NCBI GenBank assembly: GCA_049644925.1
Contig: JBARSW010000206.1
Coordinates: 1 to 57,354 of the forward strand
DNA length: 57,354 nt
DNA from: Chitinophagaceae bacterium
Lineage (GTDB): Bacteria; Bacteroidota; Bacteroidia; Chitinophagales; Chitinophagaceae
Direction of reading: 5' to 3'
In this document: positions 27,320 through 38,260 of the stretch, in pieces
How positions within the stretch are numbered: the stretch's first letter is position 1
How the letters are laid out: each line of letters starts with the position of its first letter
Made by a program: the position numbers and the translations under genes
Notes under the pieces: model-generated
Seen by the model: only the letters and a program-made list of their open reading frames with translations
Database searches by the model: none
Told to the model about the DNA's origin: nothing

Positions 27320-30300
27320 TTAGTGAACAATGATTTTCTTAGCCTCAGACATTTCGTTCGTTGTAATTATTATTGTATAAGTACCCGGGGCTAAATGGTG
27401 GTTTATCATTATGTTATTACTAATAGTATGTTGATGATGTGGTTGTATACTTCCTTTCATATCAAATATTCTTATATCTACATTTCCTCTGACTTCATTC
27501 AACAATTTGATTGTAAAACTATTCCCTGAAATTGGATTCGGAAAAATCTCTAATTTAGAATCTGTATTTGAAAGTTTTATTCTCTCAACCTTTGAGAATG
27601 AAAACCTGTTGTCTATATCTACCTGTTTCAGGCGATAAAAGAAAACACCTTTTAATGGCAGGTTGTCATAAAAAGAATAATCCTGTAAACTATTCGAGTT
27701 GTTTACTCCCTGGGTAGTTCCAATGGTAGTATAATTAATTGCATCACCTGAACGCTGTATTTCGTAATGACTATTATCTCTCTCAAAAGTAGTCGTCCAG
27801 GTTATCTTTACCTTTTCTCTATTTTCGACTTCAGCTTTGAAAGTAATAATATTTACAGGTAATGGAGCAATTAATGCCGGGATTGCCAATGCATACTCTG
27901 TTCCAGTGGCACCAGTAACTGTCAGTGTGTTTGCGTTTATGTCTTGAGTTGCTAAAGCATCAGTCCATGCGCTAACCGAAATACTATTTCTTTTCACAAG
28001 TTTAAGTCCTATTTCTGTTGAAACCGCAGGATTGCCTGTATAATTATATACCAAAGTATAGGTTGGTGTTGCTGTTCCTAAAGCTCTAACTCCCCAAAAC
28101 CTTAATGGGTCTAATGTATAAGATGCAAGTCCTGTGGAGCCGGTTCTTATGGCATTATCATTAGCCCTGTAAACTTGTATTCCTGTAATGCTACCCGATG
28201 TTGTTGTAGCTGTAATAGCATCACCATCCGGGTGAGTAATAGTAGCCGTATATCCACCGGCGGCAACATAGTCGCTGGCTGAGGCATCTCCTAAAGCAGC
28301 ACCGCTCCAGATATGATCGGTCGCAGGATCCATATTGATCATCGTTCCATCATTATTGTTAGCTGTCTCATCATTCATTAATGTTCCTGATGTTTCATCA
28401 AATCGCCAGTAGCCAACTAAACCGGATTCAGTGCCAATTAATTTCTTCGTCATGTTTGCTTTGATATCGGCGTCAGACCGGACGATATTCCAAACCCTGA
28501 CTTCATCTATCATGCCTTTAAATCCCTTTGTCGCAAAATCAGTCAGGTCGGCACCAATCATCAGAGGATTTATTGTTGTACCAATAGAACCTGGTCCTGT
28601 TAGGTTCCCCCCTTCCTGAATCCCATTTATGAAGAGTTTTATTGTATTCGTCGAAAAATCATAAGTGCCGGCGACATGCATCCATGTACCATCAATAGGA
28701 TAAGACGTAGTTGAATTCACTCGATACGTATTAGAAGTACCGTTCAGTCTGATTGAAACTCGGTATGGAGAAGGACCCTCGAGAAACAACTCAAAACCGG
28801 CACCGCTCGCAAATTTCTTCACAATGGAGTGGGTCTTGCGTTCCGTTGGTTTTATCCAGGCTTCGAGTGTAAGAGACTGAGAAATATTCAGGGAAGAGGC
28901 GTTTCCGCAATTTACGTAGTCACCTGTTGTGCTCGATATTTCGCCATCAAAATCCAGCGCATAGCCTGAGCCGTTGTCTTCAATGGGTGGAATCAAAGCA
29001 ATTGTTGTAAAGGTTCTAAAAGATGACCATACACTTGTTCCATTTGTATTTGTTGCATTTACTCTCCAGTAATAGACTGTATTGTTTAACAATGCAGGCG
29101 TTACTGCAACGGATGTTGTTGCAATACTGCTTTGGTCAAATACTGTTGTAGCAAAATTTGATACTGTTGAAACCTGTGCCCTGTAAGAGGTGGCTGTAGC
29201 TGATGCATTCCAGCTAAGGGTTGGTGAAAGAGCTATTCCTGTGGAACCATCCGCTGGATTAATTAATGCTGGTGCAGGCGGGCCAGTTGCAACCAGAGCC
29301 AGGATCTCAGCGGCAGTTAGTGCCTTGTTGTAAATTCTTGCATCATCAATTAGTCCCATGAATTTGGATGAGCCATCTGGTTGTGCACCAATACCAACTC
29401 CCAGTGTGTTTGAAACGATTCCACCTGCCGGACCTGGCAAATCCCCACCTTCCTGGATTCCATTGATATATAACTTCATTTTTGTTCCATCAAAAGTTGC
29501 TGCTATATGCATCCATGCACTACCATTTAAAGGGTAAAGGGTTGTGGAATTGACTCTGAAACCATCACCGCTGGTAAACTGATTTAACCGGAAAAAAACT
29601 TTTTGTGGCCATGTACTTGCTGCACTCGCAAGTGATAATTCATAACCATCAGAAATACCTGATGTATTTGCCTTCTTAATTATATTTTGCGTTGTAGCAG
29701 TTGAATTTGCCGGATTTATCCATGCAGCAAGTGTTATCCCGCTTAGAGTACCTGCACCATTAATATCCAGTGTTGGACTATTAGGGGCGGTCGCATTCTG
29801 GGTTGTGCCATTGAGTTGCAGTGCATTTCCCTGCACCCCCGTAACAAAAACAGGACTGTTCACCGTTGTCGCATCATTATTATTACTTGTTGCATCATCA
29901 AGCGTTGATCCGGTAGTTTCATCCATTTTCCAATGAGCTACTAGGTTTGACATTTCAATATCTGTACCTAATATTCCTACCAGGCTGCTACCACCTGAAG
30001 CTATAACAACTATATCTCCGGAGTAATTTTGTTTAGTACTGGTAGCATTGTTAAATGTGCCCCCGCTTATTAAAGTAGTTACAGGCCCAAAGGATATTGC
30101 TGAAGTAGCAGATTCTTTATAAAGAATATTACCTCCGGCATCAGAGGCAGTATAAATAACTTTTACCTTGCCGGCAGTTTCATTTAAAATCACTATACCC
30201 CGTGTGCCGGTTGTTGATACTTCGTAGAGGTTATCCCAGGTTCCGGCGGGACGACGGATCAACAGGGCTATTTGTGGAAGCCCTGATCCAAAATCATTAA

Positions 30301-31111
30301 AACTGGTTTTTACTGCTGCATAAATCGTTCCATCACTTGCTACAGCAAAATTTAAATGATCATCTGCCATACCGGTGCCAATTACAGCTGATTGAGAGGC
30401 TGGTATCTCATCAGCAGACCAGGTACCTGCAGCTGCGCCATCAACATGGAATTTAAAACCAAAACGCTGTGTATTCTGATTTGACCATAATACGCCGATC
30501 TTTCCAGAAAAAGCAGTAATTGCACAAATATCGTCGTCAGTAACACCCGTTCCAATTGTTATCGGTGAACTCCAGGTAGAATAGGGAGCATCGCTCCAGC
30601 GAACGTTGATATCCGAAGTTCCGGCCGAAGCAAGCCACATCCTTCCTGTACCATCTAAATCAATAGTAGCTGTTTCAACACCTCCATCCAGTGTTATAGC
30701 AACAGTGGAAGGCCTTGTGGTCCATAGTTGGTATGTGTTGGATGTATATTCAACTGAAACAAGCGAAGAAGCGGTTCCTTTATAAAGCAGGATATGAGTA
30801 ACATTTCCTACTACTTTACAATCAGCATAAGATGTTGTACTTGCATCAATATCTAAAATACTTGTCCAGGTAGTACCATCTAATCTGAAGACATGGGTTC
30901 CGGTTGAATTTGGCATTACCATCCACCATTTGCCAGCGTTACTCCAAACTTTGGATTGAGGTTTTTCGCCGGTAATAGCAGAAACGGTAGTACTTGTAAG
31001 ATTTGCAATAGAATTGAAACCTTGTGCAAATGAAATTACTGTTGAAAATATAATAAATACAATAATGAATATTTTCACTTTTATTGATGAAAAAATATTT
31101 ATTGTTTTCAT
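27320..31111 (-). CDS. T9SS cargo with N-terminal propeller-like domain, two LamG-like domains and FN3-like domain
   Basis: Signal peptide; two LamG motifs (TL.AWI.P...W.H.A.T.D...F.G.ID..RI); LPVNIITF and FPNP CTD. Confidence 0.9.
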   Translation of the reverse strand: MKTINIFSSIKVKIFIIVFIIFSTVISFAQGFNSIANLTSTTVSAITGEKPQSKVWSNAGKWWMVMPNSTGTHVFRLDGTTWTSILDIDASTTSYADCKVVGNVTHILLYKGTASSLVSVEYTSNTYQLWTTRPSTVAITLDGGVETATIDLDGTGRMWLASAGTSDINVRWSDAPYSTWSSPITIGTGVTDDDICAITAFSGKIGVLWSNQNTQRFGFKFHVDGAAAGTWSADEIPASQSAVIGTGMADDHLNFAVASDGTIYAAVKTSFNDFGSGLPQIALLIRRPAGTWDNLYEVSTTGTRGIVILNETAGKVKVIYTASDAGGNILYKESATSAISFGPVTTLISGGTFNNATSTKQNYSGDIVVIASGGSSLVGILGTDIEMSNLVAHWKMDETTGSTLDDATSNNNDATTVNSPVFVTGVQGNALQLNGTTQNATAPNSPTLDINGAGTLSGITLAAWINPANSTATTQNIIKKANTSGISDGYELSLASAASTWPQKVFFRLNQFTSGDGFRVNSTTLYPLNGSAWMHIAATFDGTKMKLYINGIQEGGDLPGPAGGIVSNTLGVGIGAQPDGSSKFMGLIDDARIYNKALTAAEILALVATGPPAPALINPADGSTGIALSPTLSWNASATATSYRAQVSTVSNFATTVFDQSSIATTSVAVTPALLNNTVYYWRVNATNTNGTSVWSSFRTFTTIALIPPIEDNGSGYALDFDGEISSTTGDYVNCGNASSLNISQSLTLEAWIKPTERKTHSIVKKFASGAGFELFLEGPSPYRVSIRLNGTSNTYRVNSTTSYPIDGTWMHVAGTYDFSTNTIKLFINGIQEGGNLTGPGSIGTTINPLMIGADLTDFATKGFKGMIDEVRVWNIVRSDADIKANMTKKLIGTESGLVGYWRFDETSGTLMNDETANNNDGTMINMDPATDHIWSGAALGDASASDYVAAGGYTATITHPDGDAITATTTSGSITGIQVYRANDNAIRTGSTGLASYTLDPLRFWGVRALGTATPTYTLVYNYTGNPAVSTEIGLKLVKRNSISVSAWTDALATQDINANTLTVTGATGTEYALAIPALIAPLPVNIITFKAEVENREKVKITWTTTFERDNSHYEIQRSGDAINYTTIGTTQGVNNSNSLQDYSFYDNLPLKGVFFYRLKQVDIDNRFSFSKVERIKLSNTDSKLEIFPNPISGNSFTIKLLNEVRGNVDIRIFDMKGSIQPHHQHTISNNIMINHHLAPGTYTIIITTNEMSEAKKIIVH

Positions 31112-31170
31112 AATGGGTCATTTATTTGTATAAAATATAAAATGCTTGACTGTGTTTAACCATTTCTATT

Positions 31171-34100
31171 TTATTGTACAATCAATTTCTTAGTTTCTGT
31201 AAACCCCCTCCCTGTAATATTTACGGAATAAATACCTTTCGCTAACTGATGATTAACTGTAAATGTATTTGCTCCATTGAACTGTTGATGAATCATTAAT
31301 ACTCCCTTTATGTCGAATATTCTTATATCGATCGTTCCATGAATTTCATCCTGCAGATTTATACTGAAACTGTTTCCACTTACAGGATTAGGATATAGGT
31401 CAATATTATTTTTTGTATTTGAAATATTTACTCTTTCAACTTTTGAAAGAGTTGACCTGTTATCTAAGTCAATTTGTTTTAAGCGATAGAATGAAATGCC
31501 TTTTAATGGCAGGTTGTCATTAAAAGTATAATTCTGTAAAGTGTTGGAGTTGTTTACCCCTTGTGTAGTTCCAATCGTAGTATAATTTATTGCATCAACC
31601 GAACGCTGTATTTCGAAATGACTATTATCTCTTTCATAAGTAGTCGTCCAGTTGATTTTTACGCTGGAATTATTTTCAGCCTTTGCTTTAAAACTAATAA
31701 TATTTACAGGAAGTGGGCTATTGGCTGGAGTTGTAAATGTCCAAATTGGCCCGGTGGTTGTATTTTCACCATCATTCAGTTCAACATACCATTCATAATC
31801 TGTAAACTGATCAAGCGAAGGCCAGTTCACACAACTAGCTGAACCGGAAGCAACATTTGAATTAGTTCCAATTAGTGTAAAAGGCTGTGTCAGGGTTACC
31901 GGTAAAGTAAATTCACTGGTTGAACCTGTAAAAGAAGTATTACTGTAAGGTGAAAAGGTTTTAACTGATAATAAATTCAATGCAGGTAGAAATTGCATAA
32001 TTCTCAAATAACCATTTCCGCCATTTGAATATCCACTTTGGTAGTCAGCCATTAAAGTGTGAACGGTATTTCCGCCAAATACATCCGTTCTTCTGCCCTC
32101 TCCGGCTACATGCCCTGCAAGCATAAGAATAAAGTTCGGGTTATCTTTTAAATCATTATATATTTTTTGTCCGGGTCCCTGGAAACTGGCAGGGTTACCG
32201 GTTCCCAAAATATTATGACTGGAGACAATACCCTTTCTGTTTGGATTGGTTTTAAGCAGGTTATCCGCCCAATCCAATACGGGTTGTAATGATGCAGTTG
32301 TGCCATCGGGATAATATTCAATACTGATACTAATGAAATCAATTCCACCAGCGCTGAATAATTCATAATGATTGTCATTGTTCGAGCCGTAATGCCCCCC
32401 ATAATAAGATCTGCCTGTAAATCTTGATTCACCAAAATATTGGTTGTAAAATGTATTGGTTGAGTTGGGGTCGCCGATAACTCCCTGGTCATGGTTGCCC
32501 ACACATATTCCATACGGAATTCCGTCAGTAATAGGAACATTTGGGTTTTCAATTTTTTTCATCGATGTATCTGCCCGTTTCCATTCAATTTGCTTATCTG
32601 CTCCAGGAGGGTTATTCCCATTTTGTACGCAATCACCTAATTGAATGACAAATGCCACATTACTGTCAATCCTGTGATCTGCTATCCATTGTGTCTGTGC
32701 TTTAAAGATTCCATTATGTCCTCCGCCACTGCTATTTGTTCCCGGTAATTCTTCTGTATAAAACTGTGTATCCGGTAATCCGATAATAGTGAATTTTGAA
32801 CCGGGAGTAACTACTTTTTTTCTTCCATAAAAGCGAACTGTCAAATTATCTACATTGGGGTCGCTAACTGTTGCGCATATATTAGGGCTGGTTGAAGGTG
32901 AATTTGCATTGTTAGCAGGCGATGGATTTATAGGTTGATTGGGTGCCTGGTTATTATACCCACTGCTTACCCAGACAGGACCTCCATTAGTTGGATGAGA
33001 TGAAATGTTATCACTTCTTAAAGTACCGTTAACAGAGCCGCCAACACTATTTGTTGCTGTAATATTTCCGTTTTCATTCAAACCCCAGCGGCCACGTAAG
33101 CCGGTGCCACTTGTTATTTCAAGATTCATGTTGGCCAGTATTTCTGCAGGCGTCAATGCTTTATTCCAGATTCTTACTTCATCTATTTTTCCATTAAAAT
33201 ATCCTCCTGGAATACCTCCTGATGTAAGGGCACTTCCAATTGATGCATGTTGGGTTGATATATTTTCTGGTACAAGGCCATTGGTCATATTTAATGTTGC
33301 AACACTTACGCCATTTTTGTAAAGAGTCCAAACGCCATCTGCTATATTATAAGTAACTGCTACATGTGTCCATACATTTCTCGAAATTGTAGCTGCTGCA
33401 ATTTCAGCTCCTGTCGGGATTATAGGGTGATTTAGTCCTGTGACTGTTACATTGGGAATTGGAGAAGCGACTAAAGCTTCCTCAAAATCTGCAACCAGCA
33501 TATCTGTACTTGTTATTCCCAGGAAATAATTCATATTCAAACCAGATGTTTCTGATTCTCCCCGCCCTTTTGCAATGATTGGAATGGCCAATGGCCTTCC
33601 GCCTGTACCATCTAATCCATTTGTTCCTGTTGTTATAGTAACTCCGGTTCCTTCAATTTTTATCCATGTCTCAAGTGTAAAACCAGTTGCACCGGGTGCG
33701 GTTGTATTTAAAGACGGAGCAGCTCCAAACGTTATATAATCATGCACACCATTAAAATCTACTGATGCATTGGTTGTGGGATCGACCTGGTTAAACCCTG
33801 TTACCCATAAAGGATTGATTGCAGAAAATGTTCCATTTACTCCTCCGGCAACAGAATTTGTTCCTGTGCTACCCGTTGCTTCATTCAATCCCCATCTTCC
33901 AACAAGGCCTGAACCGCTTGTTAACTCACCGGGATTCAGAGCAGTTAAAGCTGTATTCCATATTCTCACTTCATCAATCCGCCCATTGAAAAAACCGGGA
34001 CGGATAGAACTTGCTGTATTTAAAGAAGAACCAATGCAAACATTCACATCACTGGCAGATCTTGGTGTGAAAGGTCCACCAGTAAGTGCAGGGAATGTTT

Positions 34101-34578
34101 CTGTAACGCCCCCAATAAATAAACGCCATACCTGTGTTGTAACATCAAAAGAAGCACCCACTTGTATCCATGTATTCATTGGTAGAGTAGCAGCACTAAC
34201 TACCGAATGGTTGAGGGATGTGGCATTATCCTCAAAGTCTGCTATTAACTTCATATCGGAGAGGCGATATGCCAGAAAATAATTGACATCAACAGCTGCT
34301 GCTTCTGCTTCGGCACGACCTTTTGTAATTATTGGCACTACACCTGTTTGTCCTCCACCAGCACCGGTTGAACCGGTTTCGGTGGTTGATCCGTAGCCTT
34401 CAATTTTTATCCAGGCTTCCAAAGTAAAATTGGTCAGCTTCAATGAAGCTTGATTTCCAAGATTGACATAACTGGTATCGGTAAACCGAAGGGATTGTGC
34501 ATTACTGAATAATACAATGGAAAAAAAACTAAAACATATAAGTAATAGTTTCTTGTAAAAGGGTAATAAACTTCTCAT
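31171..34578 (-). CDS. T9SS cargo with two LamG-like domains and calcineurin-like metallophosphoesterase
   Basis: LPDTQ, LGDCV, GNHD, SSH and AGH metallophosphoesterase motifs; FNG.IDEVRIWN twice; YPNP CTD. Confidence 0.92.
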   Translation of the reverse strand: MRSLLPFYKKLLLICFSFFSIVLFSNAQSLRFTDTSYVNLGNQASLKLTNFTLEAWIKIEGYGSTTETGSTGAGGGQTGVVPIITKGRAEAEAAAVDVNYFLAYRLSDMKLIADFEDNATSLNHSVVSAATLPMNTWIQVGASFDVTTQVWRLFIGGVTETFPALTGGPFTPRSASDVNVCIGSSLNTASSIRPGFFNGRIDEVRIWNTALTALNPGELTSGSGLVGRWGLNEATGSTGTNSVAGGVNGTFSAINPLWVTGFNQVDPTTNASVDFNGVHDYITFGAAPSLNTTAPGATGFTLETWIKIEGTGVTITTGTNGLDGTGGRPLAIPIIAKGRGESETSGLNMNYFLGITSTDMLVADFEEALVASPIPNVTVTGLNHPIIPTGAEIAAATISRNVWTHVAVTYNIADGVWTLYKNGVSVATLNMTNGLVPENISTQHASIGSALTSGGIPGGYFNGKIDEVRIWNKALTPAEILANMNLEITSGTGLRGRWGLNENGNITATNSVGGSVNGTLRSDNISSHPTNGGPVWVSSGYNNQAPNQPINPSPANNANSPSTSPNICATVSDPNVDNLTVRFYGRKKVVTPGSKFTIIGLPDTQFYTEELPGTNSSGGGHNGIFKAQTQWIADHRIDSNVAFVIQLGDCVQNGNNPPGADKQIEWKRADTSMKKIENPNVPITDGIPYGICVGNHDQGVIGDPNSTNTFYNQYFGESRFTGRSYYGGHYGSNNDNHYELFSAGGIDFISISIEYYPDGTTASLQPVLDWADNLLKTNPNRKGIVSSHNILGTGNPASFQGPGQKIYNDLKDNPNFILMLAGHVAGEGRRTDVFGGNTVHTLMADYQSGYSNGGNGYLRIMQFLPALNLLSVKTFSPYSNTSFTGSTSEFTLPVTLTQPFTLIGTNSNVASGSASCVNWPSLDQFTDYEWYVELNDGENTTTGPIWTFTTPANSPLPVNIISFKAKAENNSSVKINWTTTYERDNSHFEIQRSVDAINYTTIGTTQGVNNSNTLQNYTFNDNLPLKGISFYRLKQIDLDNRSTLSKVERVNISNTKNNIDLYPNPVSGNSFSINLQDEIHGTIDIRIFDIKGVLMIHQQFNGANTFTVNHQLAKGIYSVNITGRGFTETKKLIVQ

Positions 34579-34793
34579 AAAGTAGAATTATTGATTAAAA
34601 TTGTGTTACAGAAAACTGGAAATAGTGGTTCTGTTCAGAGGAGAATGGGTACCGGGTTAATCAATAAGTCAGTGGAAAAAAAAGTAGTAATTCGTGGGAA
34701 AGGGGATTAGATATATTACAATCTTAGCGTAAAGATATTAAATACTATGACATTTGCAAGTTATCAGGGGATTAAGACATAAATAGAGTCTAA

Positions 34794-35168
34794 CTATTTA
34801 TTTTGCAGATACTTATGGATTACCACATAACAGAGTACTATCAGAAGAATAAGTATCAATATTGAAATATATGTCCAGGGCTGATAGCTGATGTTCAGCT
34901 TTTCCCGTCTCTTCTTTTTCTTTGCTGTTTTTTTCTTCAGGTCACGGTTGAGCATCTCCACCATGTATTGCAATTGCTCTTTGTCTTTAAAATCCTGAAG
35001 CCCTTCTACTGCATCGTCGTCAAAATCATTTTGCAGCAGCATTTTCTCTACTTCATGTTTCTTTTCTTCAGAAAGTTTTCCTTGCAGGTATTGCAGCAGG
35101 GTTTCCTGGTCAACATCGGTTGATAAATTGGATAATATGTCTTTAATGTTTTCTGACATCTGTTTCAA
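34794..35168 (-). CDS. Putative anti-sigma-like membrane-anchored protein
   Basis: Directly downstream of the ECF sigma; LLQYLQGKLS.E..HEVE N-terminus, basic stretch, C-terminal TM helix. Confidence 0.65.
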   Translation of the reverse strand: MKQMSENIKDILSNLSTDVDQETLLQYLQGKLSEEKKHEVEKMLLQNDFDDDAVEGLQDFKDKEQLQYMVEMLNRDLKKKTAKKKKRREKLNISYQPWTYISILILILLIVLCYVVIHKYLQNK

Positions 35169-35177
35169 TCAAAATAG

Positions 35178-35756
35178 TTAAGTACTTTTTTCTTTTAGTT
35201 TCTTTTCTATTAATAGTTTCAGGTTGCGTTTTCCGTTCTGTATAAAACTTTTTACCTGTAACATACTGAAACCGGTTTCATCACTCACTTCCTGGTAGCT
35301 TTTCTTTTGCAGGTAAAACAAAGTTACACATTGCTGTTGCTCTGAACTCAGTTCTTTCAATGCTCCTTCCATCAATACAAGTGTTTGCTCATTTTGTAAT
35401 AATGCCTGCTGGTCTGTTTCTTCTGAGGGTCTGGCTGCAAAATTTTCGTTTAATTCAGTGATTGGCTTGCCTGATCGTTCTCTTAGTTTCATCAGGCAGT
35501 GGTTTTTAGCCACCATATAAAGCCAGGATTTAAAATATTCAACTTTATATTTCTGCAGTTCCTGAATTACTTTTAAAAAAATCTGTTGTACACTGTCTTT
35601 GGCTTCTTCCTCATTTTTTAAATATTTCATACTCACACCAAGCAGCAATAGTGTATATCGCTGCAATAGAACACCCAACCATTCATTATTATGGTCGGCA
35701 TAAAACTGTTCAAGCAGTTCCTGGTCGGTTATATGCTGGTACTTGTCTGCTTTCAC
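35178..35756 (-). CDS. ECF sigma-70 factor
   Basis: EAKDSVQQIF, FKSWLY.VAKNHC (region 2); LFY...SYQEVS...VKS.I..GKRNL (region 4); GTG start. Confidence 0.93.
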   Translation of the reverse strand: MKADKYQHITDQELLEQFYADHNNEWLGVLLQRYTLLLLGVSMKYLKNEEEAKDSVQQIFLKVIQELQKYKVEYFKSWLYMVAKNHCLMKLRERSGKPITELNENFAARPSEETDQQALLQNEQTLVLMEGALKELSSEQQQCVTLFYLQKKSYQEVSDETGFSMLQVKSFIQNGKRNLKLLIEKKLKEKST

Positions 35757-35861
35757 AAGCGAAAAATAACTAATTGTAAGTTATAAGATGCTGATTTTTG
35801 TAAATTGAATAAAATATTATTCAAACAAATCAGATTTCTTATTTTAGAGAAAAATAAACTT

Positions 35862-36629
35862 ATGGAATATGCAGTTGTATCCTTACCGGCAGCTCCAGTG
35901 AGAAGGAAGGCCCGCCATAGCAGTGAAATGATAAGCCAATTGCTTTTTGGAGAAACGGTAAAAGTAATAAAGACCAGGGGAGATTTATGGGTAAAGGTCC
36001 GCAGCCTGCATGATAATTACGAGGGCTGGATGACTCATACATTATTAGAACCAGTGACTGAATCTTTTGCCAAAAAAGAAAGTCAATATGTTGTAACCGG
36101 GTTGATAAATGAAATATACATCGGTGACAGTATCCTGCAAATTCCCTTTGGGGCATCATTACCTTTTTTTAGTTATGGAAAAGGAAAACTAGGAAACCTG
36201 GATTATGAATTTCATGGGAATTGCTGTAAAAGAAATGAGCAACCACGTAGTGCTGACTGGTTAAAGCAAAAAACTTCTTTGTGGCTGAATGCTCCCTATA
36301 TGTGGGGTGGACGAACACCATTGGGAGTTGATTGCAGTGGGTTTGTCCAGGTAGTTTTTAAAATGATAGGCATTGATCTGCCCCGGGATGCATGGCAGCA
36401 GGCACAGGAAGGGAAAGCCTTGAAAAAATTCAGTGATGCGCAGGCAGGTGATTTAATCTTTTTTAATAATAAAGAAGAAATTGTGCATGTAGGAATATAC
36501 CTGGGGGAAGGTAAAATGATTCATGCAGCAGGTATGGTAAGGATTGATGAAATCAATAAGAGGGGATTTGTGGATGCTGCAGTTAAAATAAGTGGCAAAA
36601 GGTTAAGGGCCATTCGCAGGTATTGGTAG
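35862..36629 (+). CDS. SH3 + NlpC/P60 (C40) peptidase
   Basis: SQLLFGE SH3-like segment; PYMWGG..GVDCSGF, HVGIY, IHA; start probably the ATG at 35862. Confidence 0.92.
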   Translation: MEYAVVSLPAAPVRRKARHSSEMISQLLFGETVKVIKTRGDLWVKVRSLHDNYEGWMTHTLLEPVTESFAKKESQYVVTGLINEIYIGDSILQIPFGASLPFFSYGKGKLGNLDYEFHGNCCKRNEQPRSADWLKQKTSLWLNAPYMWGGRTPLGVDCSGFVQVVFKMIGIDLPRDAWQQAQEGKALKKFSDAQAGDLIFFNNKEEIVHVGIYLGEGKMIHAAGMVRIDEINKRGFVDAAVKISGKRLRAIRRYW

Positions 36630-37229
36630 ATAAGCGTAACCTTCAACAATAATAAACCGGATAGTAACTACAAAAAAGTTCTCTGTTTTATTTTTACCAG
36701 ATGACCATGCAACAGAAACGGGATTAAATTTCAGATCACCATATCTGAACTCGCAAACTTCTCCGTATTTGTTATTCCTGTTTTCAAACTTTTTTGTTTC
36801 TGTTCCGGAAAAGCCTTTGGAATATTTACGGCGAAACCGATCATACTCTGCTTTTACATTTTTTTCACCATCAACACCTGGCAAAGCATAACCAACTATC
36901 TGGTACACAAAAACACTAAAATTTTCTTCAATAGTAGTATCCAAAGATATTTCCTGTTGTGCCAATAATACTTTTGTCTTTTCTGTTTTGTATGAAAAAG
37001 GAGAGTGGTATTTATAAAGACCTTCAAAAAAGAAAAGAGTTGTGTCAGTGATCTTTAGTACGTTTTTTTCACTTAAGGCCGGATCATTTGTCAGGTTTTC
37101 TATAAAAAAAGAGAAACTGCTTTTAAAAGGATCGTACCGGTAATATTGTTTTGTTATTTGCAGAATTTTCTGTGCAGTGAGATGTTGTATTGAAAAAAGC
37201 AGGAGCAGGAAGGATAAAAGATACTTCAT
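36603..37229 (-). CDS. Hypothetical exported protein
   Basis: Signal peptide MKYLLSFLLLLFSIQHLTA; 208 aa. Confidence 0.7.
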   Translation of the reverse strand: MKYLLSFLLLLFSIQHLTAQKILQITKQYYRYDPFKSSFSFFIENLTNDPALSEKNVLKITDTTLFFFEGLYKYHSPFSYKTEKTKVLLAQQEISLDTTIEENFSVFVYQIVGYALPGVDGEKNVKAEYDRFRRKYSKGFSGTETKKFENRNNKYGEVCEFRYGDLKFNPVSVAWSSGKNKTENFFVVTIRFIIVEGYAYLPIPANGP

Positions 37230-37256
37230 GACAATACATATTAGAAGGAAAATGAA

Positions 37257-37697
37257 TTATGCAATGCTTTTTACCCATTTTACAAGCATTGCATCCCAAC
37301 CCATCATTTTTATAGCAGTATAAAAAAGAATTACTCCAAATATTTTTCTTAATGCATTTTGGTCTATTGAAAGTGCCAGTTTACTTCCCAGGTAAGCACC
37401 GCCAATAAAGGCAATTGCCAGCAGACCTACCACTTTCAAATCAATAGGATTGCCTTGTTTCTGACATTGATAATAATAATACATGGAGGCGATAATAACT
37501 ACCGGTAAAGTAAGTACTGCCAGTGAAGTGCCCTGTGCCTGGTGTTGTGTATAATGCAAAAAGAAAACAAGGGCCGGAACCATTAAAATTCCTCCGCCAA
37601 CGCCAACCAGGCCGCTAAGAATACCAGCACCAAACCCGATTAACAGGATGATGATTACAATTTGTAACGTCATTGTATTTTTTTGATGTGGTTGCAT
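37257..37697 (-). CDS. TauE/SafE (TSUP) family transporter, half-size
   Basis: AGILSGLVGVGGG..MVP, QHQAQGTSLA; about four TM helices; true start may be a few codons downstream. Confidence 0.88.
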   Translation of the reverse strand: MQPHQKNTMTLQIVIIILLIGFGAGILSGLVGVGGGILMVPALVFFLHYTQHQAQGTSLAVLTLPVVIIASMYYYYQCQKQGNPIDLKVVGLLAIAFIGGAYLGSKLALSIDQNALRKIFGVILFYTAIKMMGWDAMLVKWVKSIA

Positions 37698-38248
37698 TAT
37701 TGCCCAAACTTTTCTTTATATAATTCTATTGCTTCATTAATAATACGGAAGGCAATGGTTTTATCCTGGAAATTATCAATCTCCACTTTTTTATTTTCCA
37801 GTACTTTGTATTGTTCAAAAAAGTTTCTCATTTCGAGCAGAAAGTGCTGTGGCATTTCATCAATGCAGGTAATATGGTTTACAGAGGGATCATTTGTGGC
37901 TACAGCAATAATTTTATCATCTTCCTGCCCGCTGTCAATCATTTGCATATTGCCAATAACATTGGCTTCTACCAGGCATAAAGAACGGATGGATTGCGAA
38001 CAGATTACCAGGATATCCAGCGGGTCGTTATCAAGTCCCAGGGTTTGCGGAATAAAACCATAATTGATCGGGTATTGAAACGAAGAGTAAATGACCCGAT
38101 CCAGTTTCAACAGGCCGGTGGCTTTGTCCACTTCGTATTTTGATCGGGAACCTTGCGGAATTTCAATGATAGCATTTACAGTAGCGGGTACTTTATTGCC
38201 ATAGCTTACCCCATGCCATGGGTGTTTTATTGAAGAGTATGCGTCCAT
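37697..38248 (-). CDS. ppa: Inorganic pyrophosphatase (family I)
   Basis: IEIP.GS..KYE.DK, YP.NYGFIPQT..DNDPLD, DDKIIAV, FFEQYK.LE. Confidence 0.95.
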   Translation of the reverse strand: MDAYSSIKHPWHGVSYGNKVPATVNAIIEIPQGSRSKYEVDKATGLLKLDRVIYSSFQYPINYGFIPQTLGLDNDPLDILVICSQSIRSLCLVEANVIGNMQMIDSGQEDDKIIAVATNDPSVNHITCIDEMPQHFLLEMRNFFEQYKVLENKKVEIDNFQDKTIAFRIINEAIELYKEKFGQ

Positions 38249-38260
38249 ATTTTTTGTTTT

